From Negativicutes bacterium (lineage in GTDB: Bacteria; Bacillota; Negativicutes; UBA1444): a stretch of DNA of 64,000 nt. Below, in pieces: positions 19,640 to 30,849 of the stretch (position 1 is the first letter of the stretch; each line of letters begins with the position of its first letter). The position numbers and the translations under genes are program-made. The stretch is taken from positions 160,001-224,000 of the forward strand of contig CAXXIN010000016.1 in the NCBI GenBank assembly GCA_963665275.2, read 5' to 3'. The notes under the pieces were generated by a model. That model was given only the letters and a program-made list of their open reading frames with translations, made no database searches and was not told where the DNA came from.

Positions 19640-20389
19640 GTGACATTGGGGAACGCAAAAATGGTGTTTGACCTTAAACATGTCAGCTTTCGCTATCGGC
19701 CGCATGAGCCGGCTTTACTCGATATCAACCTGGCCGTTACTGAAGGGGAGAAGATTGTCATCCTGGGACCTAATGGCGCAGGAAAGACAACCCTGGAAAA
19801 GATTTTGGGCGGAATTTTGGCAGCCGAAGGTCGGTTTACGGCTTTTGGCAAGCAACTGACGCTGCAGGATCTTCACAACAGGACTGAGAACGCAGCTTAT
19901 CGACGACGTGTAGGAGCAGTTTTCCAGAATATCGAGTTTCGGGTCGTTTGCGCTACCGTATTCGATGAGATTATGTTTGGCCCCCAACGACTTGGGTTGC
20001 CACGCGAAGAAGCACAGGCCCGGGTAGAGCAGGTGCTCGATTTTTGCAACATCAGACGGCTCGTCAATCGTTTGCCACAGAACATGAGCGGCGGCGAAAA
20101 AAAGATGGTGGCGATTGCTTCGATGCTGGCGGAAAATCCCGATGTCATGATTTTTGACGAACCCACTAATGACCTGGACCTCGAAAGCCAAAACTGGTTG
20201 GTCTCGGCTCTGAATCAACTCAATGCCGCAGGAAAAACGGTAATCACTGCGACACACAGCCTGGAAACGGCTCGGGAACTAGCGGACAGGGTCTGGATTA
20301 TCGGCGGTAACCACCGTTTGGTTGCCGATGGAGGTATCGAAGTGTTAAAAGACGCGGATATCTTGAATGAAGCTGGGATTTTGAGGTGA
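19640..20389 (+). CDS. ECF-type ABC ATPase (CbiO/EcfA-like), stand-alone
   Basis: GPNGAGKT, MSGGEKK, DEPT and ATH motifs. Confidence 0.88.
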   Translation: MTLGNAKMVFDLKHVSFRYRPHEPALLDINLAVTEGEKIVILGPNGAGKTTLEKILGGILAAEGRFTAFGKQLTLQDLHNRTENAAYRRRVGAVFQNIEFRVVCATVFDEIMFGPQRLGLPREEAQARVEQVLDFCNIRRLVNRLPQNMSGGEKKMVAIASMLAENPDVMIFDEPTNDLDLESQNWLVSALNQLNAAGKTVITATHSLETARELADRVWIIGGNHRLVADGGIEVLKDADILNEAGILR

Positions 20390-20393
20390 AGTT

Positions 20394-21032
20394 GTGACAG
20401 ATTTTTGTGACCGACTGGCAGCGGCTCTGCGGTCGCAGGGCTGTATGATTGAGAATGAGAGTGATTATTTATCTTCGGCGGTGCTGGTTCCGTTGGTTCG
20501 GCATAATGGGAGGCTGGGAGTGCTGTTCGAGATCCGCTCGGCGTTGCTGAATTGGCAACCGGGAGATATCTGCTTTCCCGGAGGCAGGATTGAACTTGAC
20601 GACGCCGGGCCAGAGGCAGCTGCGCTCCGAGAGACACAAGAGGAACTGGGGCTGCCGGAAGAAGAAATTGACGTGCTTGGGCCGTTGAATTATATGGTGA
20701 GTCCCATAGGGGTTGCGGTGCATCCTTTCGCAGCCTATATCAAAGATTATGAACGGATCCGGCCGAATCATGGTGAGGTGGCGGAAGTCTTTGTGGCGCC
20801 GCTTGATTATCTATTGGCGACAGAACCCTTAACGGCCCATATGGAATTGGCGACCCGACCACTGCCGGATTTTCCGCTGAACTTGTTGGGAGACTCTTAT
20901 TCACGGGACTGGAAGCGCCGCACAACCTATCCGGTTTTGTTTTACCAGTACGATGGTCATGTAATTTGGGGATTGACTGCCCGCGTATTATGCGGATTTT
21001 TGAATGTTTGCCAAGCCCTGACTTTACGATAA
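20394..21032 (+). CDS. Nudix hydrolase, CoA pyrophosphatase type
   Basis: SAVLVPL, PGDICFPGG…AALRETQEELG, IWGLTA. Confidence 0.9.
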   Translation: MTDFCDRLAAALRSQGCMIENESDYLSSAVLVPLVRHNGRLGVLFEIRSALLNWQPGDICFPGGRIELDDAGPEAAALRETQEELGLPEEEIDVLGPLNYMVSPIGVAVHPFAAYIKDYERIRPNHGEVAEVFVAPLDYLLATEPLTAHMELATRPLPDFPLNLLGDSYSRDWKRRTTYPVLFYQYDGHVIWGLTARVLCGFLNVCQALTLR

Positions 21033-21070
21033 TTAAAGCGTGAGATAGTACGACGGAAGGAGCGAATGAA

Positions 21071-21283
21071 ATGGCGATGAAAAATGAATCTTATACAGTT
21101 GAAGGGATGAGTTGCAACCACTGTAAAATGGCTGTGGAAAATGAAGTGAAGGCTTTGCCGGGAATGTCCTCAGCCACGGTTGATCTTGCGGCGAAAACCT
21201 TGAAGGTCGAGTATGACGGCGACAAAACCACGCCTGCAGCGATTAAAGCCGCAGTGGAGGAAGCCGGGTTTACGGTCGTTTGA
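21071..21283 (+). CDS. copZ: Copper chaperone (HMA domain)
   Basis: GMSCNHC…AVEEAGF. Confidence 0.9.
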   Translation: MAMKNESYTVEGMSCNHCKMAVENEVKALPGMSSATVDLAAKTLKVEYDGDKTTPAAIKAAVEEAGFTVV

Positions 21284-21287
21284 TTCC

Positions 21288-21316
21288 TTGACGCTACAGG
21301 GTGGCTTTGTTATACT
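21288..21316 (+). promoter_or_regulatory. sigmaA promoter of the LCP-hem operon
   Basis: TTGACG-N17-TATACT with TG. Confidence 0.65.
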
Positions 21317-21387
21317 AAATCAATGCTTCCCGGGTGAGGGGGCTTGTTTGTGTATGTCTGACGAATTTTTAGAAATGAAGGTGCCCG

Positions 21388-22863
21388 ATGGCTGCGAAAC
21401 TTGAAGAAAAACTGATCGTACAGAGAAAGCGCCGCCGACGGAACACAATGATTGTTATTGGCGTGCTGACCCTTTTGGCCGTGGTTGCGGCCGCTGTTTC
21501 ATACCTTTGGTTCGGTGGGAAAATCGGCGCGCGCCGAGCGGTAGTGAATAAAAGTCCGGACACAGAACATTATATTGTGCCGCCCAATAAATTGAATATC
21601 ATGATCATGGGGGTTGATGAACGTCCGAGGGAAGATGATCCGGGCCGCTCGGACACACTGTTGGTCATGACGATCGATACGGAGAGCCGCGAAGCTTCCA
21701 TCGTTTCTGTGCCGCGTGATACACGGGTTCGCGTTAAAGGACTTGGGTGGGATAAGGTCAACCATGCGTTTTCGGTGGGCGGCGTTGCCTTGACGCGCCA
21801 GACGACTGAGAACTTCCTTGGTATCCCGATGGATTACTATGCCAAGATAAATTTGGAGAGCTTCGGCCGTATCGTCGATGCGATCGGCGGCGTGACTATC
21901 GACGTTGAAAAACGTATGAAGTATGAAGATACGTGGGATCATTATGTCATTGACCTGAACCCCGGGGTGCAGCGACTGGACGGCCGCACCGCGTTGCAGT
22001 ATGTTCGTTACCGGGATGAAGAGGGCGACATCGGCCGAATATCGCGGCAACAGAAGTTTATTAAAGCGGTCTTGGCGGAAGTAAGTTCGCCGGCCATCAT
22101 CTTAAAAGCACCCAGTATTATCCGTGAGGTTTTTGCCTCGTTGGACACGGATATGCCGATTGGGTTGATGATGGGATTGGCCCGCAAACTGAAGGATGGA
22201 CTCAGCGGCGGCTTCAAGCCTCACATGGTGGAAGGGTTGCCTTACTATATCGATGATATCAGCTACTGGGTGCCGGATATCATGAAAACCCGTCAAATGG
22301 TGGCGGAAATGCAAGGGGTTCCCTTCGACGGAAAGGTCAGGGCCGCAGCACAGAGAGCGGCGGATGAATACCGTCAGGGATTCCCGGCGAATGCTCATCT
22401 GGACGATGGGACTTATTATTCGGGGATGGATCAGGCCGGGAAAAAACCGGGGCCCAAAACACCTGTTGCCCCCACAACGAAACCTGTTGTCCCGGCAGCG
22501 AAAACCCAACCGCCGACGACTCCGGTCAAACCAGCGGTTACGCCGCCGGCTAAACCGACAGCTCCGACCAAGCCTACCAGTTCCTTGCCCTCGCGCATGG
22601 CTGCGGAGCTCGTTAACGCCAGCGGACAGGCGGAAGCCGGCAATATAATCGCCGGGATCATGCAAAGTCGCGGGTTTGAGGTGGTGGGGCTGGAAACGGC
22701 CGGAACCGCTGTCAGGACGACAGTGGTGACGTCTTATACCCAACATCCCTCGGTCATTTCCAAGTTGACGAATTTGCCTTTCCGTTATGTGTTGAATATT
22801 TCGGAAGATCCCTCACGTGAAATTCCTGTGCGGGTTCTGATTGGGCAAGATAATGGCGCCTGA
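21388..22863 (+). CDS. LCP (LytR-CpsA-Psr) family protein with Pro/Thr/Lys linker and LytR_C domain
   Basis: TM anchor, GRSDT, SVPRDT, YVRYR…GDIGRISRQQ; C-terminal VNASG domain. Confidence 0.92.
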   Translation: MAAKLEEKLIVQRKRRRRNTMIVIGVLTLLAVVAAAVSYLWFGGKIGARRAVVNKSPDTEHYIVPPNKLNIMIMGVDERPREDDPGRSDTLLVMTIDTESREASIVSVPRDTRVRVKGLGWDKVNHAFSVGGVALTRQTTENFLGIPMDYYAKINLESFGRIVDAIGGVTIDVEKRMKYEDTWDHYVIDLNPGVQRLDGRTALQYVRYRDEEGDIGRISRQQKFIKAVLAEVSSPAIILKAPSIIREVFASLDTDMPIGLMMGLARKLKDGLSGGFKPHMVEGLPYYIDDISYWVPDIMKTRQMVAEMQGVPFDGKVRAAAQRAADEYRQGFPANAHLDDGTYYSGMDQAGKKPGPKTPVAPTTKPVVPAAKTQPPTTPVKPAVTPPAKPTAPTKPTSSLPSRMAAELVNASGQAEAGNIIAGIMQSRGFEVVGLETAGTAVRTTVVTSYTQHPSVISKLTNLPFRYVLNISEDPSREIPVRVLIGQDNGA

Positions 22864-22879
22864 CATTCAGAGTGGCGGC

Positions 22880-23524
22880 ATGCCCGACTACCCGGTGAAT
22901 CTAATCCTTGCTGGACGCCGCTGTTTGGTTGTCGGTGGCGGGAACGTAGCCGAACGCAAGGTTTTCACGTTATTGGAGTCGGGGGCAGCGGTGACGGTGA
23001 TCAGTCCTGAGTTATCACCTAACCTTGCAGTGTGGGCTTCGAATGGAAAATTGCTCCACTGCCCCAAGTCTTTTGAAAAAGGCGACGCTACTGGGTATAT
23101 GTTGGTGATGTGTGCGACGGATTCGCCCGCTGCCAATGAGCAAGCGGCTGCAGAAGCGAAACAGGCTGGTGCGTTGGTCAATGTTGCCGATACTCCGGCC
23201 CTGTGTGATTTTACATTGCCGGCCAGACTGCAACGGGGAAGTCTTTCGATCGCTGTTTCCACTGGTGGCCGGAGCCCAGCGCTGGCGAGAGAGCTGCGTA
23301 ATGAACTGGCCGAAAAATACGGACTGGAATATGGCGATTATTTGGAGCTGGCCGGCCGACTGCGCCGCGAATGGCAGGAAAGCTGCGCTTCCAGCGAAGA
23401 ACGTTGTCAGCGTTGGAACGAGGTAAAAGGGTTCGATCCGGAAGTGTTGGAATTGTTGCGACAAGGTCGGATGGAAGAAGCGGAGGTCAGATTCAGGCAT
23501 GGTATTGGCTGTTCTGGGACTTAA
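22880..23524 (+). CDS. Precorrin-2 dehydrogenase / sirohydrochlorin ferrochelatase (SirC/Met8-like)
   Basis: YPVNL, VVGGGNVAERK, CDFTLPA and STGGRSPALA motifs. Confidence 0.9.
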   Translation: MPDYPVNLILAGRRCLVVGGGNVAERKVFTLLESGAAVTVISPELSPNLAVWASNGKLLHCPKSFEKGDATGYMLVMCATDSPAANEQAAAEAKQAGALVNVADTPALCDFTLPARLQRGSLSIAVSTGGRSPALARELRNELAEKYGLEYGDYLELAGRLRREWQESCASSEERCQRWNEVKGFDPEVLELLRQGRMEEAEVRFRHGIGCSGT

Positions 23525-24821
23525 TCATAAAACGGCTCCTGTTGAAGTTCGCGAATGTCTCGCCTGTCCCGAAGAATCGGTGAAGCAGGGCCTGCGGCGA
23601 CTGGAGGAGCACGAAGACATTTTGGAGTGCGTGGTTCTATCCACCTGCAACCGCACGGAGGTCTATGCGGTGTTGGAGGATGTGGACGACCCTTCTGCAG
23701 TTATGCTCGAATTTCTGGAGCGATTGGCGGGGCAGGTTCCTCAGGACATCTCACCCGAGCATCTGTTTTATTACAGCGGGGATGATTGTATCCAACATCT
23801 CTTTCGGGTGGCGGGAAGCATCGATTCCCTGATCATCGGCGAGGGCCAGATTCTCAGTCAGGTTAAAAAAGCCTATTCGGTCGCCAAGGATTGTGGCACT
23901 ACATCGACAGTTCTCAACACCCTATTTCATCGTGCAATTGCCGCCGGTAAAAAGATCCGCACGGAAACGCGCATTGCTTATAGCGCAGTATCAGTAAGTT
24001 ACGCCGCTGTTGAACTGGCCAAAAAACTGCTGGGCGATTTGTCGAATGCGAACGTGATGATCCTCGGAGCTGGTGAAATGAGCGAGTTAACCGCGCGTCA
24101 TCTAGTGGAGAACGGTGTCAAGACCGTCTTTGTTTCCAACAGGAACCATAGCCGGGCAGAAGATCTGGCCCAGAAGTTCCACGGTCAAGCTGTTCCATTC
24201 GAAAAGTTTATGAAATGGGCGGTGGATACCGACATCATCATCACCTCCACCGGCGCCCCCCATTATATCGTCCGATCCTGGGATGTGGCGCACATCATGC
24301 CGCAGCGGGCAGGGCGTCCGCTGATTTTCATCGATATTGCCGTGCCTCGCGATGTGGAGCCCGAAGTGGCGGCGATCGCCGGTGTGAGCCTCTACAATAT
24401 CGATAATCTTAACGCCGTCGTGGATTCCAACAAGCGAGAGCGACAGCGCGAGGCCCGCAAGGCGGAACGGATTCTGGAAGCTGAGGCCAAGGAGCTTACC
24501 GACCGCTTCCGTTATCTGTCCTATCAACCGGTTCTCAGCCAGATCAAGGACAAGGCCGAAACGATCAGGCAGCGGGAAATGAAGCGGGCGTTGGCGAAAT
24601 TGCCGGATTTGAGCCCGGAAGATCGACGGATCATGGAAAACATGTCCCGCATGCTGGTGAGGAAACTGCTGCGTGATCCGGTGCTTTGCACCAATGAGGC
24701 GGCAGCGCGCGGGGAAGAAGATTTCTGCGTCGCAGCACTGACGCAACTGTTTAAACTTAATGAACTGGGAGAATCAACACGCTGTGAAACAAAAAATCAT
24801 CATAGGTACGCGCGGCAGTAA
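23499..24821 (+). CDS. hemA: Glutamyl-tRNA reductase
   Basis: HKTAPVEVRE, STCNRTE, GEGQILSQVK and DIAVPRD motifs. Confidence 0.97.
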   Translation: MVLAVLGLNHKTAPVEVRECLACPEESVKQGLRRLEEHEDILECVVLSTCNRTEVYAVLEDVDDPSAVMLEFLERLAGQVPQDISPEHLFYYSGDDCIQHLFRVAGSIDSLIIGEGQILSQVKKAYSVAKDCGTTSTVLNTLFHRAIAAGKKIRTETRIAYSAVSVSYAAVELAKKLLGDLSNANVMILGAGEMSELTARHLVENGVKTVFVSNRNHSRAEDLAQKFHGQAVPFEKFMKWAVDTDIIITSTGAPHYIVRSWDVAHIMPQRAGRPLIFIDIAVPRDVEPEVAAIAGVSLYNIDNLNAVVDSNKRERQREARKAERILEAEAKELTDRFRYLSYQPVLSQIKDKAETIRQREMKRALAKLPDLSPEDRRIMENMSRMLVRKLLRDPVLCTNEAAARGEEDFCVAALTQLFKLNELGESTRCETKNHHRYARQ

Positions 24822-25704
24822 GCTGGCCCTTTGGCAGGCGGAACATGTAGCAGATATCCTCAGGACAATGAACCCTGACCTAGCTGTCGAACTCCAGCAT
24901 ATTGTCACCATTGGCGATAAGATTCTGGATGTACCGCTTGCTAAAATCGGCGGCAAAGGCTTGTTCACCAAAGAGTTGGAAACGGCAATGCTATCTGGAG
25001 AGATCGACCTGGCAGTTCACAGTCTCAAGGATATGCCGACGGAGCTGCCCCCGGGACTGATTTTGGCGGCGACCACTGTCCGAATGGACCCCCATGACGC
25101 TTTTGTCAGCCATAATTACTCCTGTCTGGCGGAATTGCCTCAGGGTGCGGTTGTTGGCACATCAAGTTTGCGGCGTGGGGCACAGCTGCTTCGGTTGCGA
25201 CCCGATCTGCAAATTGTCAGTTTGCGGGGAAATCTCAACACCCGTCTGCGCAAGCTGGACGAGGGCCAGTTCGATGCCATTGTGCTGGCGGCAGCCGGTC
25301 TGCATCGCCTCGGTATGGGAGACCGTATCGCCGCGGTGTTCTCGTCGGCTGAATGTCTGCCTGCCGTGGGACAAGGTGTTCTGGCAATCGAAACACGCGC
25401 AGATGATGTTGAAGTACGGTCGATGGTTGCTCGTCTGGACGATGCGGAAACTCGCACATGCGTCACTGCTGAGCGAAAGTTTCTGGCCGTGGTACAGGGC
25501 GGTTGTCAGGTGCCTGTTGGCGTATTCGGGCAGATGGAAAGTGGGCAACTGGTGTTGAGTGCAAGAATATTATCCTTGGATGGCGTGCGCTGTATCGAGG
25601 GAAAGATCGCTGGTATGCCGACAGAGGCAGCAGAATTGGGCGAAGCGCTCGCCGGGCAATTACTTGCTGCTGGTGGCAGGGAAATTCTGGCGGAGCTTGA
25701 ATAA
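24784..25704 (+). CDS. hemC: Hydroxymethylbilane synthase
   Basis: GTRGSKLALWQ, GGKGLFTKE, HSLKD and GGCQVP motifs; GTG start inferred. Confidence 0.97.
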   Translation: MKQKIIIGTRGSKLALWQAEHVADILRTMNPDLAVELQHIVTIGDKILDVPLAKIGGKGLFTKELETAMLSGEIDLAVHSLKDMPTELPPGLILAATTVRMDPHDAFVSHNYSCLAELPQGAVVGTSSLRRGAQLLRLRPDLQIVSLRGNLNTRLRKLDEGQFDAIVLAAAGLHRLGMGDRIAAVFSSAECLPAVGQGVLAIETRADDVEVRSMVARLDDAETRTCVTAERKFLAVVQGGCQVPVGVFGQMESGQLVLSARILSLDGVRCIEGKIAGMPTEAAELGEALAGQLLAAGGREILAELE

Positions 25705-25717
25705 GGGAGCGAATACA

Positions 25718-27247
25718 TTGAAAAAAGGTACCGTTTGTTTGGCCGGAGCAGGGCCGGGAGATCCAGGGCTGGCCAGCGGCCGGGTTTTGGAATGTATCAG
25801 GCAGGCTGATACGATTGTCTACGATCGGTTGGTGTCGCCGCGCCTGATTGAAATGGCGCGACCTGATGCTGAGCTGATTTATGTCGGCAAGGCTTCCAGC
25901 CAGCATACTATGCGGCAGGAAGAAATCAATGCGCTGCTGGTGAAACTGGCCAAAGAAAATAAAGCTGTACTGCGCCTCAAGGGGGGCGATCCCTTCGTTT
26001 TTGGCCGGGGCGGCGAAGAGGCCATCGTTCTGAGAGAGAACGGAGTTGTTTTTGAAATTGCGCCGGGGATCACCTCGGCGATTGCTGTTGCCGCTTATGC
26101 GGGGATTCCGGTGACTCATCGGAGGATCGCAACCTCGTTTGCCGTGTTTACCGGGCATGAAGATCCGGAAAAAACAGAGTCAGGCCTGCAGTGGGATAAA
26201 CTTTCTCTGGCGACCGACACGCTGGTTTTTTTGATGGGCGTGGAGAATCTTTCTTATATCACGTCGCAGTTGATTGCCAACGGACGTTCCGCCGACACGC
26301 CCGCCGCCGTTATTCGCTGGGGGACGACACCGCAGCAGAAGACACTGGTTACAACTGTCGGTAGGGCTGTGGCTGACGTAGCGGCTCATAAATTCACACC
26401 CCCGGCGATTTTCATCGTGGGTGACGTTGTGAAGCTGCGTGAGGAATTGCGCTGGTTCGATACCCGTCCGCTGTTTGGCCGTAGAATTTTGGTGACCCGT
26501 GCACGTGAGCAGGCCAGTCGCCTGAGTGCAGGCCTGGAAGCGGCCGGTGCAGAGTGCGTCGAAGCGCCTGCCATCCGGATTGCCCCGCCGGAGAGTTACG
26601 CGCCGATAGATCAAGCAATCGCCGAAATGGCGCAGTATACTTGGATCGCGTTTACCAGCCCGAACGGCGTGGACGCTTTTTTCACCCGGTTGAATCTGGC
26701 AGGCAAAGACGCCCGCTATCTTTCCACGGTCAAAGTAGCTGCGATAGGTTCGGAAACTGCAGCAGCTCTGCTCCGCAGAGGAGTCGTTGCAGACGTTGTA
26801 CCGGCGGAGTTTCGGGCGGAAGCGGTCGTGGCGGCGCTGACTGGTCGCATCGGCCCACAGGACAGAATCCTGATTCCCCGGGCGGAACAGGCAAGGGAAG
26901 TGCTGCCGGAGGAATTAACCCGAATGGGTGCTGCCGTGGATGTGGTAACGGCTTATAGGACTGTTGCTGGCGGAGCCGACGGCGAGGCTGTCGCCAAAAT
27001 GATTGCCGATGGCGAGATTGATGTAGTGACCTTCACCAGTTCTTCGACCGTGACCAATTTGCTGAAGTTGCTTGGCGATGCGGGCCACGGCTTACTCTCT
27101 GGCGTAAAAATCGCATGTATCGGTCCGGTTACTGCCGATACCTGCCGCGAGCAGGGTCTGAAACCGGATATCATCGCATCTGAATATACGATCCAGGGTT
27201 TGACTGAAAGCATCATCAGCGAGTTGGGAGGGAACCTTCATGAGTGA
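25718..27247 (+). CDS. cobA: Fused uroporphyrinogen-III C-methyltransferase / uroporphyrinogen-III synthase (CobA-HemD)
   Basis: GAGPGDPG and [16 protein letters not shown], followed by HemD LVTRA…FTSSSTV…IGPVTA. Confidence 0.95.
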   Translation: MKKGTVCLAGAGPGDPGLASGRVLECIRQADTIVYDRLVSPRLIEMARPDAELIYVGKASSQHTMRQEEINALLVKLAKENKAVLRLKGGDPFVFGRGGEEAIVLRENGVVFEIAPGITSAIAVAAYAGIPVTHRRIATSFAVFTGHEDPEKTESGLQWDKLSLATDTLVFLMGVENLSYITSQLIANGRSADTPAAVIRWGTTPQQKTLVTTVGRAVADVAAHKFTPPAIFIVGDVVKLREELRWFDTRPLFGRRILVTRAREQASRLSAGLEAAGAECVEAPAIRIAPPESYAPIDQAIAEMAQYTWIAFTSPNGVDAFFTRLNLAGKDARYLSTVKVAAIGSETAAALLRRGVVADVVPAEFRAEAVVAALTGRIGPQDRILIPRAEQAREVLPEELTRMGAAVDVVTAYRTVAGGADGEAVAKMIADGEIDVVTFTSSSTVTNLLKLLGDAGHGLLSGVKIACIGPVTADTCREQGLKPDIIASEYTIQGLTESIISELGGNLHE

Positions 27248-28208
27248 TATCGTCTACCGACCGCGCCGCCTGCGGGCATCTTCCGGCATCCGAAATATGG
27301 TGCGGGAAACGCAGTTGTCGGTCAATGATTTCGTATATCCAGTATTTGTAGTTCCGGGAATCAATATTCGTAAAGAGATTCCGACTCTGCCCGGTCAATA
27401 TCATCTGTCGGCGGACCAGGCGGTGGAGGCGGCGAAAGAAGCTGCGGCTCTCGGCATTCCAGCCGTACTGCTGTTCGGGCTGCCTGAGTACAAAGATGCC
27501 AAGGGGTCCAGCGCCTGGGACATGAAAAGCCCGGTGCAGCGGGCGATGACGTTGATCAAAAAAGCGTTGCCGGACCTGATCGTTATAGGGGATGTATGCC
27601 TGTGTGAATATACGGATCACGGACACTGCGGTCTGCTCAAAGGGCAGGAGGTCGACAACGATTCCACGCTGGATTTGTTGGCCCGCGTAGCTGTCAGCCA
27701 GGCGAAGGCCGGCGCCGATATGATCGCACCGTCGGACATGATGGACGGCCGGGTGGCCGCCATCCGTGAGGCCCTCGATTTAGCGGGTTTCGCAAACCAC
27801 TCAATCATGGCCTATTCGGCTAAATATGCTTCGGCATTTTACGGGCCGTTTCGGGAAGCGGCGGACTCGGCGCCGAAGTTCGGTGACCGCCGGGCCTATC
27901 AGATGGATCCGGCCAATGTGCGGGAAGCGCTGAAAGAAGTGGATTTGGACGTGTCGGAAGGCGCAGACATCATCATGGTCAAGCCCGCGCTGTCCTATCT
28001 GGACGTGATCAGCAAGGTTCGGGAGAACTTCGACCTGCCGGTCGCCGCCTACAATGTCAGTGGTGAGTACTCGATGGTCAAGGCTGCGGCTGCCAATGGC
28101 TGGATGGAAGAAAAACGGACGACACTTGAGATTCTCACCAGCATCAAACGAGCAGGCGCCGATATTATCATCACCTATCATGCGTTGGACGCAGCAAAAT
28201 GGTTATAA
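27240..28208 (+). CDS. hemB: Porphobilinogen synthase
   Basis: [24 protein letters not shown] and MVKPA motifs. Confidence 0.97.
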   Translation: MSDIVYRPRRLRASSGIRNMVRETQLSVNDFVYPVFVVPGINIRKEIPTLPGQYHLSADQAVEAAKEAAALGIPAVLLFGLPEYKDAKGSSAWDMKSPVQRAMTLIKKALPDLIVIGDVCLCEYTDHGHCGLLKGQEVDNDSTLDLLARVAVSQAKAGADMIAPSDMMDGRVAAIREALDLAGFANHSIMAYSAKYASAFYGPFREAADSAPKFGDRRAYQMDPANVREALKEVDLDVSEGADIIMVKPALSYLDVISKVRENFDLPVAAYNVSGEYSMVKAAAANGWMEEKRTTLEILTSIKRAGADIIITYHALDAAKWL

Positions 28209-28224
28209 GCGGGAGGCGACAGAC

Positions 28225-29538
28225 TTGGCGCTGAATCAGGAAAAATCGGCGGCGGCATTTGCCGAAGCGAAACAGTTCATGCCCGGTGGCGTTAATAGTC
28301 CGGTCCGTTCCTTTCGAAGTGTCGGGGGCACGCCGCCCTTCATCGCCAGCGCGAAAGGCAGCCGGATCGTAGATATTGACGGCAATGAGTACATAGATTA
28401 TGTGGGCTCCTGGGGGCCTATGATTTTGGGACATGCGCATCCAAATGTTCTTGCAGCTCTGCACGATGCGTTGGAACGCGGAACGAGTTATGGTGCGCCA
28501 ACACTGCAGGAAACCGAACTGGCGAAGCTTGTCCGCCAGGCTGTGCCGGCTATGGAGCTCGTGCGAATGGTGAATTCCGGTACAGAGGCGACCATGAGCG
28601 CATTGCGCCTGGCCCGCGCCTTCACGAAACGCGATCGGATCGTTAAATTTGACGGCTGCTACCACGGCCATCACGATAGTCTGCTGGTCAAAGCCGGTTC
28701 GGGGGCAGCAACATTCGGCGTACCTGACAGCCCCGGAGTGCCGACGTCTGTGGCGCATACTACCTTGACGCTGCCGTTCAACGATGCTGCAGCGATGGAA
28801 AAACTTTTTGCCGAACAGGGAGATCTCATCGCAGCGGTCATCATCGAGCCTGTTCCCGGTAATATGGGGATGGTGCTGCCGCAGGCAGGCTATCTGGATA
28901 AAGTCCGGGAATTGACGGCCCATTACGGCATCCTGTTGATTTTTGATGAAGTGATGTCAGGCTTCCGCGTAGCGCTTGGCGGTGCACAGGAACGCTTTGG
29001 CATCAAGCCCGATCTGGTCTGCCTTGGCAAAATAATCGGCGGCGGGCTGCCGGTCGGCGCCTATGGCGGACGTCATGACATCATGAGCTGCATCTCGCCG
29101 GCGGGGCCGGTCTATCAGGCGGGGACCTTGTCAGGAAATCCACTGGCCATGACTGCGGGCATAGCAACGCTGACGGAAATTCTTCGTGATCAAAATTTCT
29201 ATGCGGCAATTGAAGCAAAAACAAACGCATTGTGCGACGGAATCGGCGAGGCGGCCAAAGCAGCTGGCGTCGCTATACAATCTCACCGCCTGGGAAGCAT
29301 GTTTGGAATGTTCTTCAATGACCGGCCGGTGACGGACTATGCCAGTGCGGCGACCTCGGATCAGGACGCGTTTCGGATCTGGTTTCATGCCATGCTGGAG
29401 CAGGGTGTATATCTGGCCCCCTCTCAGTTTGAGGCCGGATTCATGTCCGCTGCCCATAGCGAAGCCGATATCGCCCAAACGGTTGCGGCAGCCAAAGTGG
29501 CTTTCGCCGCCGTTGCAGCTGCGAGGGGCCAGAAATAG
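28225..29538 (+). CDS. hemL: Glutamate-1-semialdehyde 2,1-aminomutase
   Basis: [26 protein letters not shown] and GKIIGGG motifs; TTG start behind GGGAGG. Confidence 0.97.
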   Translation: MALNQEKSAAAFAEAKQFMPGGVNSPVRSFRSVGGTPPFIASAKGSRIVDIDGNEYIDYVGSWGPMILGHAHPNVLAALHDALERGTSYGAPTLQETELAKLVRQAVPAMELVRMVNSGTEATMSALRLARAFTKRDRIVKFDGCYHGHHDSLLVKAGSGAATFGVPDSPGVPTSVAHTTLTLPFNDAAAMEKLFAEQGDLIAAVIIEPVPGNMGMVLPQAGYLDKVRELTAHYGILLIFDEVMSGFRVALGGAQERFGIKPDLVCLGKIIGGGLPVGAYGGRHDIMSCISPAGPVYQAGTLSGNPLAMTAGIATLTEILRDQNFYAAIEAKTNALCDGIGEAAKAAGVAIQSHRLGSMFGMFFNDRPVTDYASAATSDQDAFRIWFHAMLEQGVYLAPSQFEAGFMSAAHSEADIAQTVAAAKVAFAAVAAARGQK

Positions 29539-29601
29539 ACGATACCTTGTGATGCCGGGCCTGGACTCGGAACGCGGCGCAGGGGCGCTTATTGGTGTTG
29601 A

Positions 29602-29651
29602 AAGAACGAAGACCTCGGATCGTTTGCGAATGATCCGAAGTCTTCGTTCTT
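29602..29651. terminator. Long bidirectional hairpin between convergent hemL and the desulfurase gene
   Basis: aagaacgaagacctcggatc…gatccgaagtcttcgttctt. Confidence 0.7.
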
Positions 29652-29677
29652 GTTTGGAGGCGAAAATATAAAGGCGA

Positions 29678-30829
29678 CTAACGCCGGGCGATTTTGGCCA
29701 AGGCGTCCAGTGCAGCCGATATGTCCGCTTCGGTAGTGAAGCGGCTAACGCTGAAGCGGACCGTACCCCGGCCAAAGGTGCCGAGAGTATGGTGAGCGGC
29801 CGGCGCGCAGTGCAGTCCGGTGCGGGTCAGGATGTCATAGTCGCGCTCCAACTGCACGCCGACTTCCTCACAGGGAAGATCGCCAACATTGAGCGACAGA
29901 ACACCGACCGCGTTTTCCGGGTTGTCGGAACCGTAGAGGATCACTTGGGGCAGATCGAGTAGCCCGTCCCGGAAGGCGTACATTAACTTTCGCTCGTGTT
30001 TCGCAACATTTTCCACGCCAAAGTTTAGCAGAGAAGATACCGCGGCGCCCAATCCGGCGACGCCAACTGCGTTCAGCGTGCCGCTCTCCAGTTTGTCCGG
30101 CAGAAATTCGGGCTGAAATTCGGACTCGGAGGCACTACCGGTTCCGCCGAACAGCAGCGGGCGCAGATCTACATCGGGGCCGAGCACGAGGCCGCCTGTC
30201 CCTTGGGGACCACCCAGGCTCTTGTGGCCAGTGAAAGTCAAGAAATCGATACCAACAGACTGGACATCGATCGGACATACCCCCGCCGTTTGAGCGGCAT
30301 CAACGGCGAAGCGGATACCAGCTGCGCGGGCTATGGCGGCGACGTCGGCAATCGGCAGCAGTGCACCGGTCACATTGGAGGCGTGAGTGAGAAAAATCAA
30401 ACGAGTGCGGGGTGTCAAGGCCGCCTTAACAGCCATCGGATCGAGAACGCCACGGGAGTTGCATTGTGCGACGGATATGGACAGTCCCCGTTTTTCCAGC
30501 TCTCGGAGCGGCCGCATGACCGCGTTATGTTCCATCGCACTGACCACGACATGGTCGCCGGGATTCAAAAATCCAAACAATACCAAGTTGATCGCTTCAG
30601 TGGCGTTTTTCGTAAAAATAACCCGATCAGGTGAAGGGGCATTGAACAGAGTGGACAGTGAGTCGCGGACATCATAGACCAGGCGTGAAGCTGCCAAAGC
30701 TTTGCCATGAGCGGCCCGTCCCGGGCTGCCGCCGCAATTCTCCAGGTAGTTCTTCATCGCAACGATCATCTCAGGGGCTTTGGGCCAGGATGTGGCGGCG
30801 TTATCAAGATAAACAGGCAGAGTAGACAC
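29678..30829 (-). CDS. Cysteine desulfurase family, PLP-dependent aminotransferase class V
   Basis: YLDNAATSWPK, DAAQTAG, TGHKSLGGPQG and RTGLHCAP motifs. Confidence 0.92.
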   Translation of the reverse strand: MSTLPVYLDNAATSWPKAPEMIVAMKNYLENCGGSPGRAAHGKALAASRLVYDVRDSLSTLFNAPSPDRVIFTKNATEAINLVLFGFLNPGDHVVVSAMEHNAVMRPLRELEKRGLSISVAQCNSRGVLDPMAVKAALTPRTRLIFLTHASNVTGALLPIADVAAIARAAGIRFAVDAAQTAGVCPIDVQSVGIDFLTFTGHKSLGGPQGTGGLVLGPDVDLRPLLFGGTGSASESEFQPEFLPDKLESGTLNAVGVAGLGAAVSSLLNFGVENVAKHERKLMYAFRDGLLDLPQVILYGSDNPENAVGVLSLNVGDLPCEEVGVQLERDYDILTRTGLHCAPAAHHTLGTFGRGTVRFSVSRFTTEADISAALDALAKIARR

Positions 30830-30849
30830 CTCCTATCAAACGAATTATA

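Noticed and set aside
22440-22590. Repetitive Pro/Thr/Lys-coding stretch as a repeat array
   Set aside because: Low-complexity linker within the LCP protein; no fixed-length DNA repeat unit
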